From: Verrucomicrobiia bacterium
GTDB lineage: Bacteria > Verrucomicrobiota > Verrucomicrobiia > Limisphaerales > J093
DNA: 36,060 bases
Direction: 5' to 3'
Assembly: GCA_034677645.1 (NCBI GenBank)
Contig: JAXDCU010000313.1
Span: 1 to 36,060 of the forward strand
How positions within the stretch are numbered: the first letter of the stretch is position 1; every line of letters starts with the position of its first letter. The notes beneath the pieces were generated by a model that saw only the letters and a list, made by a program, of their open reading frames with translations, ran no database searches and had not been told where the DNA came from. Shown here one piece after another: positions 19,256-30,200 of this stretch. The position numbers and the translations under genes are program-made.

Positions 19256-21118
19256 TCAGCCCGCGGAATCCAGCTTGCGGCGGGTTTCCTCGATCCATTT
19301 GACTTGCGAAGGGAAGAGATGCTTCGTGTCGATGCGTTTCAAGTCCTCGCGCGCGAGGTCGAACTGCGTTTGTCCAGCGTGTATCTCCAGCCAGCACAAG
19401 TAGAAGACCGTGGACTGGAGCTCGTCCAAGCCCGCCGGGTTGATCGTGTTGAGAATGGCGGTGGCTTCGGTGAATCGCCGGTTCATCGCCAAAGCGAAGC
19501 AATGGTTCACGCGAGCCACTAGTGAGTTGGGATTGTCTTTCAGGAAAGCTAGGGTCAGATTGGCGGCCTCCGCTGGAGCTTGGCGGTTAATGAGGAGCGC
19601 GGCAGCGTAATTGACGCCGCAGATTCCCTTGTCCGGCGCAAGATTGCGAGCCTTCGTCGCGGCCCGCAGCAACATCGCCTCATCCTCCTTGAGGGCGTAG
19701 ACAGCCTCGAAAAGGACCTGCCAGTACTCGGCGCTTGAGCCGAGGTCTTTTTCCATGGACACAAGCACCCGCTCAGCAAACTCCGGGTAACCCAGGCGCA
19801 GCAGGTTGACCGCCGTCTGCATTCCAGCCGAAGGCACGGGGAACGACTCAGCCGCGGCTCTCTGGAAACTGGCAAGCGCCCCCTCAGGGCGACGAGCAGC
19901 AAGCAACGCGCGGCCTTCGATGAAGTGACTGTAGCCGGCGAGCACCGTCCGTGCCTGCCCGGAGGTGCGTATTTCAGTCGCAAGGGCTTGCAACTCATCC
20001 CACTTGCGGGCCTGAATCAGCAAATCGGCATAAGTCACCCAGAGGACGGCTATTTCCGGATCATCGCTATTGGCAAAGAGCGGCACATAGCGGGCAAAGA
20101 AACGCTGCGCATAGTCATTTGCGCCAAGTGAAATCAGAATGTTGCCGAACCGCATTACATCCCACGGGCCGGCGGGCGGATGTGGATAACTCTCGGCCAG
20201 CTTGCGAGCGTCACCTAACCGGCCAGAGGCCTCCAGCAACTGCCAGTATCCAGCGTGATCGTCCAGACAGTCCGTCCCTTCCTGCTGGAGAAGGTTCAGT
20301 GCGCGCGCGTATGTGTTTGGCTCATGGAGTTTGATCGCGACTCTCATTTCAAGTCTGCACGCTAACGTGCGAAGCGCCTGATCATCCTGCGCCGCCGTCA
20401 GTTTCTTCCGGGCTTGCGATATTGTCTCTGGCGGGCCCCACCCGGAAAGATACGCTGCATGGTAAAGGTCCAACTCCGCATCGGAAGTGATTGTGTGTTC
20501 GACCTGCCGCCGTTTCTCCCAGTATTCGTTCGCTCTGCCCGTGAGAAACAAGGCTTTCAAGAAAGAGACTTCCTGGCTTGGTGACAATGAACCCTGGCGG
20601 TCGCGCAGCATCTCGTAGACCGGCCCGGGCACATTGCATTTCAGAAAGACCTCGCCCGCGATGTCGAGCGAGGCCGCGTTGGTCCCGGTCAACCGCATGA
20701 GCCACAACGCTTGGTTCATGGACGTAGCAAGCCAAGTTGGCTGGAGATCAGTGAGGCGCAGGAAGCTCTTGAGCGCTTCACTTAGGATACCTGCGTCGGC
20801 CTGGTTGTTGGCGACGGAGCTCTGCCATGCGTGGTATGCCTGCTCCCACTGCCCAGCGGCTTCGCATTTGACCGCCTGCCGCCGCAACATGCCGGATTGG
20901 ATTTTGTCGATTGCGCTGATCTTGACCTTAGGCGCGAATCCAGGAGGGGAAGTGACCCAGATTCTGGAGATGCAAAGGCCGGTAATGACGCCGACAAGGA
21001 CAAGCGCGCCCAGCGTCAACGCGAACGCCGGGCTCAGAATGAGCATCGCGATTAGCGGATAATTGATGAAGCGATCCGCCAATCTGGTTCTTCGCGTCGA
21101 TTCATCCATGCCTTCCAT
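19256..21118 (-). CDS. Membrane-anchored tetratricopeptide (TPR)-repeat protein
   Basis: 620 aa. One N-terminal TM segment (YPLIAMLILSPAFALTLGALVLVGVITGLCI), then helical repeats with A..W/Y....A/L spacing throughout. No catalytic motif seen. Confidence 0.6.
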   Translation of the reverse strand: MEGMDESTRRTRLADRFINYPLIAMLILSPAFALTLGALVLVGVITGLCISRIWVTSPPGFAPKVKISAIDKIQSGMLRRQAVKCEAAGQWEQAYHAWQSSVANNQADAGILSEALKSFLRLTDLQPTWLATSMNQALWLMRLTGTNAASLDIAGEVFLKCNVPGPVYEMLRDRQGSLSPSQEVSFLKALFLTGRANEYWEKRRQVEHTITSDAELDLYHAAYLSGWGPPETISQARKKLTAAQDDQALRTLACRLEMRVAIKLHEPNTYARALNLLQQEGTDCLDDHAGYWQLLEASGRLGDARKLAESYPHPPAGPWDVMRFGNILISLGANDYAQRFFARYVPLFANSDDPEIAVLWVTYADLLIQARKWDELQALATEIRTSGQARTVLAGYSHFIEGRALLAARRPEGALASFQRAAAESFPVPSAGMQTAVNLLRLGYPEFAERVLVSMEKDLGSSAEYWQVLFEAVYALKEDEAMLLRAATKARNLAPDKGICGVNYAAALLINRQAPAEAANLTLAFLKDNPNSLVARVNHCFALAMNRRFTEATAILNTINPAGLDELQSTVFYLCWLEIHAGQTQFDLAREDLKRIDTKHLFPSQVKWIEETRRKLDSAG

Positions 21119-21370
21119 GGTGCCGCATGTTACCTTCGAATGGAAGCGCCGAGTATTCTTGTCCCGTCCGCTTCGTCCACTTCGAGTTTCCCATCATTCC
21201 CTTCCAGGTGTCGCGTTTTGGGTTGACTCGGGGAATGGCAGCCGAGGATGCTCAGCCGCCCTGGATTGGCATGGGCGCGTGTCCGCCGGCTGCGATTCAT
21301 GGTGGTGGCGAAGCTGGCACGGCGAGCGAATCCATGTCATGTTTCGAGTCTCGAAGGGAGTGTGTCGACA

Positions 21371-22831
21371 GTGAGACCATTGGTACAAGACGTTGTTTTG
21401 GTGACGCCGGAGGTGGAGCCATTCTACCGAAAAGGCGGTCTTGGCAATGTATGTGGGGAACTCGCTGGAGCCTTGAACCGCGCGGGAGTGACCACGAACG
21501 TGGTGACCGGCTGGTACGATTCCCTTGCGAACAATCCCCCGTCGTGCGTCGACATCGGAGTCGCATGCGAGGTTGCGGCCGGGGGCCGCCGGCACGTGAT
21601 GCGCATTCTCAGGGGAAACAACGACGGCGTGGGCTTTTTTTTTCTCGCTCTACCCGATCTGATGCGGGAGGCGTATATGGGGGACCCGCTTGGCTTTGCG
21701 ATGGGGTTGGGCGCCGGCACGTTCCGGGCTGTGGAAGCGCTGACGCAGCTTGGGTTGCTGAGGGCTCCGCAGGTTCTCCACGCACACGACTGGCCGTCAG
21801 CGCTCGTGCCGTTGTTGCTGCGTGCCAAGCACGCGGCCAATCCACTGTTCAACCAGACCGCGTCCGTGGTCACGATTCACAATGCAAAGCACATCGCCGG
21901 CTGGATTCCGCGCCAACGTTTCGATGAACTGGAGATCGGGCAGGAACACTGGCACGCAGTGGCGCAACCAGGACAACAGGATTCGTTCTCTCTCCTCAGG
22001 GGAGCCATCAACCGCGCCGACAAACTCAACGCTGTCTCGCGCACGAACCGCGATGAGATGCTGAACCCGCCGGGCGGGTTCGGGCTCGAGCTTGACTACC
22101 AAGCGCGCGGGTCCGATTTCGTGGGAATTGGCAACGGCATCTCCTACCAGGAATGGCTGCCTGTCACCGCGGAACAGAAGGCTCGATCGAAGGCCGCGCT
22201 CCAAAGGCGGTTCGGATTTGCGCGGCGCAAGAGAGTTCCACTGCTCGGCATGGTGGCACGCATCGACCGCCAGAAAGGCGTTAAGGCCGTCGTGGCGGTG
22301 ATAGGGCGGCTACTGGCTTCGACGCAAGGAGGAATCCAATTCGTCTACCTTGGCGAAGGCCATCCAGCGGATGATTACGCGCGTGAAGCGGCGGATGGCC
22401 TGCGCGGACTAGCTCGTGCTTGGCCTGGCAATGCGCGTTTTGTGGAAAGCTACACAACTCAGGAGCAGAAAGCGGTCTTTCAGGCCATCGATCTTTTCCT
22501 GTACCCATCGGAGTACGAACCTTTTGGCACGCGCCCTGTTGTTGCTTTGCGCCATCGGGTTCCAGGTGTTGTCACCCACACCGGCGGCCTGGCCGATAAC
22601 TTCGCCGAGTACGACCCCACCACGGGACAGGGCAACGGCTGGCTGCTGCAAAGCCTGGAAGAAGGCGAACTGGAAAGGGCCGTACTCCGGGCGCTGAAAA
22701 CGTTCGACCACCGCGAGCACTGGGAACAAGTGACGGCGAACGCGGCCGCCGCGGACCATTCATGGGATCGCCCCGCGCGGGAATACATCGAGCTGTACGC
22801 TGATGCCGTTGCCGCTGCACGGTCGAGATGA
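21371..22831 (+). CDS. glgA: Glycogen/starch synthase-like glycosyltransferase (GT5, GlgA-like)
   Basis: (M)RPLVQDVVLVTPEVEPFYRKGGLGNV carries the K-x-GGL motif, and ...LYPSEYEPFGTRPVVALRHRVPGVVTHTGGLADN is the C-terminal GT-B motif. GTG 21371 follows AAGGGAG by about 10 nt. The track ORF start at 21248 adds an implausible Arg-rich extension. Confidence 0.8.
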   Translation: MRPLVQDVVLVTPEVEPFYRKGGLGNVCGELAGALNRAGVTTNVVTGWYDSLANNPPSCVDIGVACEVAAGGRRHVMRILRGNNDGVGFFFLALPDLMREAYMGDPLGFAMGLGAGTFRAVEALTQLGLLRAPQVLHAHDWPSALVPLLLRAKHAANPLFNQTASVVTIHNAKHIAGWIPRQRFDELEIGQEHWHAVAQPGQQDSFSLLRGAINRADKLNAVSRTNRDEMLNPPGGFGLELDYQARGSDFVGIGNGISYQEWLPVTAEQKARSKAALQRRFGFARRKRVPLLGMVARIDRQKGVKAVVAVIGRLLASTQGGIQFVYLGEGHPADDYAREAADGLRGLARAWPGNARFVESYTTQEQKAVFQAIDLFLYPSEYEPFGTRPVVALRHRVPGVVTHTGGLADNFAEYDPTTGQGNGWLLQSLEEGELERAVLRALKTFDHREHWEQVTANAAAADHSWDRPAREYIELYADAVAAARSR

Positions 22832-22902
22832 AGTGAATCGCCAACCGAGCGGGGGCCGTCATTGTCGAGGAGATAGTCGCCGCCGGGCCGAAACTTGCCG
22901 CA

Positions 22903-24210
22903 TCACGAACGAGGGCCGATCTTTGTTCCCCCGAAGTAGGGTTGCAACGAGTCAGGTATGGCGATGCCGCCGTCGGGCTGTTGGTGGGTTTCGATCAGGG
23001 CGACGAACAGGCGGGCAAGAGCGGTGCCACTGCCGTTGAGCACGTGTGGGAACCGGTTTTCGCCGGACTGAGTCTTGTAGCGGAGGTTCATGCGGCGCGC
23101 CTGGAAACCCTCGCAATTCGAGCAGCTCGATACCTCCAGGTACTGCTTCTGCGTGGGCGCCCAGACTTCGATGTCGTAGGTCTTCGCGCTTGCAAACCCC
23201 ATGTCGCCCGTGCACAGCAGGATGACCCGATAATGAAGGCCTAGCAATCGAAGAACCTCTTCCGCGTCAGTGACCATCAATTCGAGTTCGTCGTAGCCCC
23301 GATCAGGAGCCACAATTCTGATCATCTCGACTTTGTCAAATTGATGAACACGGATCATGCCCCGCGTGTCCACTCCGGCCGCGCCAGCTTCAGCCCTGAA
23401 ACACGGACTGTACGCAACATAGCGAAGCGGGAGTTGGTCTTCCTGAAGCAGCTCTTCGCGGTGAATGTTGGCAACAGGCGCTTCGGCAGTGGGCAGCAGG
23501 TAGAAGCGTCCGAGAGTCGAACTGTCCAGTCCCTCCTGGACGGCATACGCCTGATCTTCGAACTTGGGAAACTGGCCGACGCCGAACATGCAGTCGCGGC
23601 TGACGAGATAAGGGGGCGAGACTTCAGTGTACCCGTGTCGACACACATGTAGATCAAGCATGAATTGGATCAGCGCCCGTTCGAGTCGCGCGCCAAATCC
23701 GGTGTAAAGCAGAAAGCCGCTCCCCGACAGCCTCGCGCCGCGGGCAAAATCCACAAGCTTGAGCCGCTCGCACAAATCCACATGCGACGACGGGTCGAAC
23801 GTAAAAGCCGGCTTTTCTCCCCACGTGCGCACCAACCTGTTGTCGGACGATGAAACGCCAGTCGGCACGCTGCCGTGGGGCAGATTGGGAAGTCGGATCA
23901 GGATGGCATAACGCGCCTGTTCGGCTTCGCTGACAATCCGGTCAAGAACGGCGATGCGGTCGCCGATCTGGCGCATTTCGGCTTTTCGCTGTTCTGCTTC
24001 GGCGGTTTTGCCCTTGGCCAGGAGCGCGCCGATTTCCTTCGAAGACCGGTTACGCTGGGCCTTGAGGGACTCGACTTCCGCGAGGGCGTGACGGCGCTGC
24101 TCGTCCAGTGCGAGCAGTTCATCGAGTCTCCTTTCATCGCCTCCTCCACGCGAGGCGAGGCCATGCCGCACCAACTCGGTTGAGTCACGTATGAGTCGGA
24201 TGTCGAGCAT
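22903..24210 (-). CDS. serS: Seryl-tRNA synthetase
   Basis: MLDIRLIRDSTELVRHGLASRG...coiled-coil arm...LLPTAEAPVANIHREE...YSPCFRAEAGAAG.DTRGMIRVHQFDKVE...GSGTALARLFVALIE are class II SerRS motifs. Confidence 0.95.
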   Translation of the reverse strand: MLDIRLIRDSTELVRHGLASRGGGDERRLDELLALDEQRRHALAEVESLKAQRNRSSKEIGALLAKGKTAEAEQRKAEMRQIGDRIAVLDRIVSEAEQARYAILIRLPNLPHGSVPTGVSSSDNRLVRTWGEKPAFTFDPSSHVDLCERLKLVDFARGARLSGSGFLLYTGFGARLERALIQFMLDLHVCRHGYTEVSPPYLVSRDCMFGVGQFPKFEDQAYAVQEGLDSSTLGRFYLLPTAEAPVANIHREELLQEDQLPLRYVAYSPCFRAEAGAAGVDTRGMIRVHQFDKVEMIRIVAPDRGYDELELMVTDAEEVLRLLGLHYRVILLCTGDMGFASAKTYDIEVWAPTQKQYLEVSSCSNCEGFQARRMNLRYKTQSGENRFPHVLNGSGTALARLFVALIETHQQPDGGIAIPDSLQPYFGGTKIGPRS

Positions 24211-24249
24211 CGCTAGTTATGGTCTTTCCGGCCGAAAGCGTTTGCGATT

Positions 24250-27200
24250 CTACTCTGTGTATGCGCGGTAGAACCGGCGCTGGAGCACTGGCGGTTGTGG
24301 GTCGTTAATGAAGGCCCTGGTGCCAATAAGGGTATTGGTAGAGATGGGCTGCCAGTCGAGCAGGTTGGTTGTGGATTGGGTGATGTACGTGTTGCCGGAG
24401 CGCCCCACGAGTTCGAGGTTGAAACCTGCTATGGGCAGAGTCACGACCGAAAGATGGGCCGCCGGGTCGGTTGGATCGGGCGTGTCGAGCGGCAAGAAGA
24501 GGTTGTCCATGAAAGCCGCATCAAGGCCGCTGCTGAAATTGTTGTCCTTGACGTAGCGCCAGGAGAGTGTGTTCTGACCGGCTACCAGGTTGAACTGGTA
24601 AGAACGCCATGGAACCTCGCCAGACCAACGGTCGATCTTGACACCGTTGAGATAGAATTCAAAGAAATCCCAGTTGGCTTCCGAGCTGACCCGCATGTCG
24701 AACGAACCTGCGCCGGTGCGTGTATGCGCGACAAGGGTCAGGATACTGTCCTGGCCATCGCCAGTGGCGCCGGAGCGCAACGCAAAACGCCCGCCCGCCG
24801 CGGTGGCGGACTGGAGCAGCCAAGGACGCGGCGTGGAGCTTGCCCAGGGCGCCGTGGCGAGGCTTGACTGGGAGAATGGTGGCTCGAATGTATATGTGAA
24901 GTCGATAGGCTTGAAGAGGGCCGTCAGGTTGTAGTTGCGGTCCATGACCAGAATCAGCGGATTAGCCGCGGAGTTCACGCTGCCTGTCCACTGGTCGAAG
25001 TGATAGTCACGAGCTGGGTCCGCGAGGACCACAATCACTGAGCCAGCGGCGTATTGACCAGAGGGAGGTGTAACGCTCCCGCCCACCGGCGGCGAGATGC
25101 TCAGATTGTAGAAATCGACGCGGTCATTGTCGGTTATGGTCAGAAGGGCAGTAGCTTGGAGTCCAAGCACCGGGCCGCCGACCGGATTACTCAGGGCTAG
25201 AACAACGGTCTTGTCTGGCTCGATCTGGTCGTCATCGATGAGTGTGACATCGAAGCTCTTCTCGACTTCACCCGCCTCGAAGCTCAGCGTGCCACTGGCG
25301 GCCACGTAATCCTCACCCGCCACCGCGGTGTCATCCCTGGTCTCGTAATCGACGGATGCGGGAATGGTTGCGGGCCCCGTCCGGCGCACCACGATTGTCG
25401 CCGCGCCTGCTCCTTCGCTGAACGAGAAAGCCGCGGCCGCGAATGCCAGAGCGCTCTCGTTGTCTTCGATAACCAGCGTGGCATTGAGTCTGGCTGACAA
25501 GCTGAAACCCGACGGCAAATTCGTGAGAAGGAGGCCAATTGTCTTGTCGCCCTCGGCCAACACGTTGTCAAAGACCGGTACACTGAAGGTCTTCGCCGTC
25601 TCACCCGCGTCGAATCTCAGAGTGCCTTTGGTTTCCTGGTAGTCAACGCCGGCCTCGGCAGTGCCGTCAACGGTGGTGTAGTCCACGCTGACGGCGCTTG
25701 CGATGTCACCTCCACGGATGAGCGCGATGACCGCATTGGCGCCGTCTTCGGGGACACGGTATACAGCCTCGCTGAACTGAATCGTGTTCAGGAGGAACTT
25801 CTCGTCGCCGTGGATGCGCGCAATGCGGTTTCTGTCAAGGCCATTGACAACCGTGAAGTCACCTCCGATGACAATAGCGGTGTTAGGTTGGACGACCATT
25901 GCGCGAACGAGGTCATTCGCTCCCGTGCCAATTTGGAAGCTTGTGTCGACGGTGCCATTGGGGTTGAGCCGGACATAGCGGGAAGCAGGCAATCCCGCGA
26001 ACGTCGTGAACGCGCCGGCTACCGTTACCTTGCCGTCAGGCTGCGCTCCAACCGCGTGTACCGCATCGTCCGCGCCATCGAGGGGATCAAAGGCTGCATC
26101 CAACGACCCATCAGCGTTCAGCCTGGCGACGCCATGTCGTGCGATGCCGCTGAAAGAGGTGAAATCACCGCCGATGATTATCCGTCCGTCGGAGAGAACC
26201 GCGAGCGATCGCACGATGCCGTTGGGACCAAGGCCGGGATTGAACGACGCGTCGGCGGAGCCATCTGGGTTGAGACGCGCGATCCAAGGGCGGGTGGCGC
26301 CGGCCGCGCTTGTAAACGCGCCCGCGAGCAGAATCTTGCCATCGGATTGCACTGCCACGGCGTGCACCCCACCTGGCGCCCCTGAGCCTGGATCGAAGGT
26401 CGTGTCAATCGCGCCGGTTGTCGCCAGACGCGCGATCCCTGCGCGGCTCACGCCGCTAATCGTGCTGAAGTCGCCGCCAAGAACGATGCCACCGTCGGAT
26501 TGAACCGCCAGAGCGCGGACAAGGCCGTCAGGACCATAGCCTGGATCGAATCCGTCGTGGACCGCGCCGTCAGCGTTCAGGCGGGCAATGCGCGTTCTTG
26601 CCACGCCGTTCACGGACAGGAAAGCGCCGCCGATCAGGACGCGCCCATCCGCTTGAACAGCGATTGCGTGGACGTCGTCATCGGCGCCCGCGCCCGGTGT
26701 GAGGAAACTGTCCAGATAACCGTCTTCGTGGAGGCGTGCGATGTGGTTGAGTATGATGCCGTCGACGCTTGTGAACGCGCCGCCGAGGAGGACCTTGCCA
26801 TCTGGTTGGACGGCCAGCGCATAAACGGGCGCGTCGGCGCCCAAGCCAGGATTGAACGAGAAATCAACCTGGCCAGGCAGTTCGTCGTCGAGTATCGAGA
26901 CTGATGCGTTTGTCGTCCCGCCAAGGATGATCGTGTTGGTCGGCGCTTGATCGGTGGTGCGGACGCCCGTCAGGACCACGCCGAAGTTCTCATCGCCTTC
27001 GCCCAAGTTGTCGTCCAGGATGCGGACTTGGAGGGTGAGGTTTGTATCGCCTGGTTGGAAGACGATCGTTCCGGAACCGTCCGGCGCAAGCACGTTGGCG
27101 TCGCCGTCGAACAAGAGCGTGCCGAACGTGGCCTGGTAGTCCTGGCCCGCCATGGCCGTGCCGTTTGTAGTGGTGTAATCGACTTGAGCAGGATGGACAG

Positions 27201-30200
27201 TCCCGCCCAACCGCTGGACGTCCAAAGTGACGACTTTGAGGTGCTCGATCACGGTGTAATTCGTGACGCTGAACTGGAAAGCGCAGTCGTTCTCGACGAT
27301 GCTCAAAGTGGCTGCGTCTTGGGGGCCGATGCTTGTTGAATGCGACGCGTTGGTCGCGAGCGTGAGCAGAACGGTCTTGTTGGACTCGACCAGTGTATTG
27401 TCCAGGACGCGAATCGAGAAATCGAGAGTTGTCTGGCCGCTGTTGAACACGATGGTCGCGTTGGTGCTCACAAAGTCGACGTCGCCAAGGGCAGTTCCGT
27501 TGGTGGTCGCGATGTCAACACTCGCGGCGTTCGTAACCACCCCGATTCGACGCAGAGTGATGACGGCATTGGTGCTGTTCTCGTATGCCAGGTATTGGGC
27601 GCTGGAGAATTCGACCGCGGTGTCGTCATCGACAATTGTCAGAGTAGCGGTCGTCTGCCCGCCCAGCGGGGCGCCGGCGCCTGCGTTGAGCAGCGTCAAG
27701 TATAGAGTCTCGCCTGGCTCAACATCGAGATCGTCGAGTATCTGAACTGGCATGTGCTGGAGCGCCTGACCAGGGGCGAATGTCAGCGTGCCATTGGTGA
27801 CAACGAAGTCTACGCCTGCTGTAGCCGTGCCAGCGGAAACCGTGTAATCAACCGTGACAAGCGAGTTCGTATCCGAGGTGCGATGCACTGGGATCAGCGC
27901 CTCAGGGGCGTTTTCGTATGTTGTGTAGGCGGTCCGGGTGAACTCAATCGTCCCGTCGTTGTCCATGACGCTGACGGTGGCGCTGGTTGTCGATCCAAGT
28001 TGAGCGCCTGGGACTTCGAGAAGCGTGATTTTGACTTCTTCGATGTACTCCTGCGTTGGGTCGTCAACAGGGATCACGAGTATCGGCAATGAATCAAACC
28101 CGGCGGGGATTTCAACCGTGCTCGGTATGGGTTGGTAATCGCTCCCATTGGCGGCGAGGCCGGAGACCTGCAGACGCACTGTTTGGGCTCTGTTTGTCAC
28201 GACGGTGCGACGTATTGTGAATATGCCGGGATCGAGGCCCTGCTCCCTGGCCACCGCGTCGGTGGCTTCGATGGTGACCACTGAAGCGTCGTCATCGAGA
28301 ATGGTGAGCGTATGGTTGGTGTAAACGTCGAAGTAAGCGTTCATCGGGATGGTGACGATCATGCTATTAGTCACGACCTCGTTGGTTACCTCTGGCTCGC
28401 CAGTCATGTTTGTGATTGTGATTTCGTTTGTAGTGAGCCAGTTGCTCATGAATGGCGGCGGCGCCAGCAGGCTTAACACGATCGTCCGGTCCGGGCGCGC
28501 AAGCAGGTCGTTGGTATAGGAGAATGGAATCAACTGCGTGCGGTTTGTGTACTGGCCGTTGCCACTGTCAGGTCCATTTACGAACACGAGGCGACCAGTC
28601 GAAGTGACCGTGGAGTAGTCCACATCCGGGATGGCCGTGCCGCCGGTGACCTTGTAGTCAACAGTGACCGGGTTATCCTCGCCTGGGTTGCCAGTGATGG
28701 AGACCCCAATGAGGGCAACCGCTGGAGTCTCCAGATTGGTCGAATTGAGGAAATTGAAGCCAACGGCCAGAGTCGAACTGCCGTCGTCGTCCGTGAGAGT
28801 GACCATGGCCTGGAAAACCCGCACGTCGGGGTAGTAGTCCGTGCCGGGCAACACCTCGAGGATGATAGTCTCCGAATCCTCGCGCAGCCGGTCGTCAACC
28901 GGGGTGACAGTGACCGTGGTCGTGGTGGATAATCTGGGAATCACAACGGTCTCCGGTATGTAAACGTAATCCGTATGCGGCTTGGCGGTTCCTCCTGTTC
29001 TGAGCCGCACCGTCAAGTCACGCGTGGTATCTCCGGTTCGTGTGAGAGTAAACGTGCCCGTCTCGGACGCCTCGATCGCTGTGTTGTCCGACGCCGTGAC
29101 CGTGACGACCTGCCAAGCGCGATCGCGCAGGAACACCGTGGCGGTGTTGGGCGGACCGACATTGTAAGTCGCACTGTCCGAAAGGAGCACCTGTACGGTC
29201 TTTCCGCCGTCCTTGACGCCGTTGTCGCGCGGGGTAACAACGATCGCCGCCGATGGCTGCCCCGCGGGTATGGTCACGGACCCAGGCAGAGTCCGATAGT
29301 CGGCGCCACTGACGGCGCTTCCCGTGACCAGGTAGTTGACAGCCAGCGCGCGTGTCATGTCGCCAGTGCGAGTGACGAGCATCACGGCCGGGCTGCTGCC
29401 CGACTCGCTACCGACCGGCTCCGTCGCGGTGATTGTGACCAGAGGCAAGTCGTTGTCCATTATGGTGACGCTAGCTTCGCCAGCGCCTACTTGGTAGGAC
29501 TCGTCCGGGGTGATTTTGAGCGTGACGGTGCGGTTGCCGTCCAGATACAGATTCGGTCGAACGAACACCGGGACGTTTGCATACGCAACATTGGCTGGGA
29601 GGAAAACACTGGTCGGCAACACTTCGTAGTCCGAGCCGGGCACGGCTGTGCCCTCCGTTGATAGCAATACCGTGACAGGCACGGCAAGCGGTCCAGTGCG
29701 GACGATCGTGAACTGACCCGCGTCGATCGGATTCTCCGTCACGGGGCTGGATGCGATTAGAGATATGATCGGCAATGGGGCATTCGAAGCGGCGATGTTG
29801 ACTTTTGTCTGGCCCGGCCAGAAAGGCACGTAGTCAGTATAGTTCTGGAACCACGTGTCCTGGCCGTTGACCGAGCGGATTTCCCAGTCGCTGAAGAACA
29901 CGGCGTTAGTGTTAGTGGCAAGTATTCCTCCTTCGCCATTCGTCAAGATGAGTCGGATGACCTCGATGGGGTACATCAGGGTGAGTGCCACGTCCTTGTC
30001 ACCGCCAGGAGGCGTGTTAGTGACCAGCGGCGTTATCGTGATATTGGTCTGTACAATCCCTGTTGGGAAATCGACGGCAAAGAATGGAAACACAAGCGTG
30101 GCCGGCCCAAACGGCGTGGAAACAACGTTGGTCTGAGTGACAAGACTCAGAACATTGGTTAAATCGACGTAGTCCTGGCCAGGCGCTGCCGAACCGGCAA

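Noticed and set aside
24211-24249. Small hairpin CTTTC-CGGCC-GAAAG between the giant ORF stop and the serS start, considered as a terminator
   Set aside because: It has only a 5-bp stem and no U-tract. I cannot say whether serS is co-transcribed with the giant gene.
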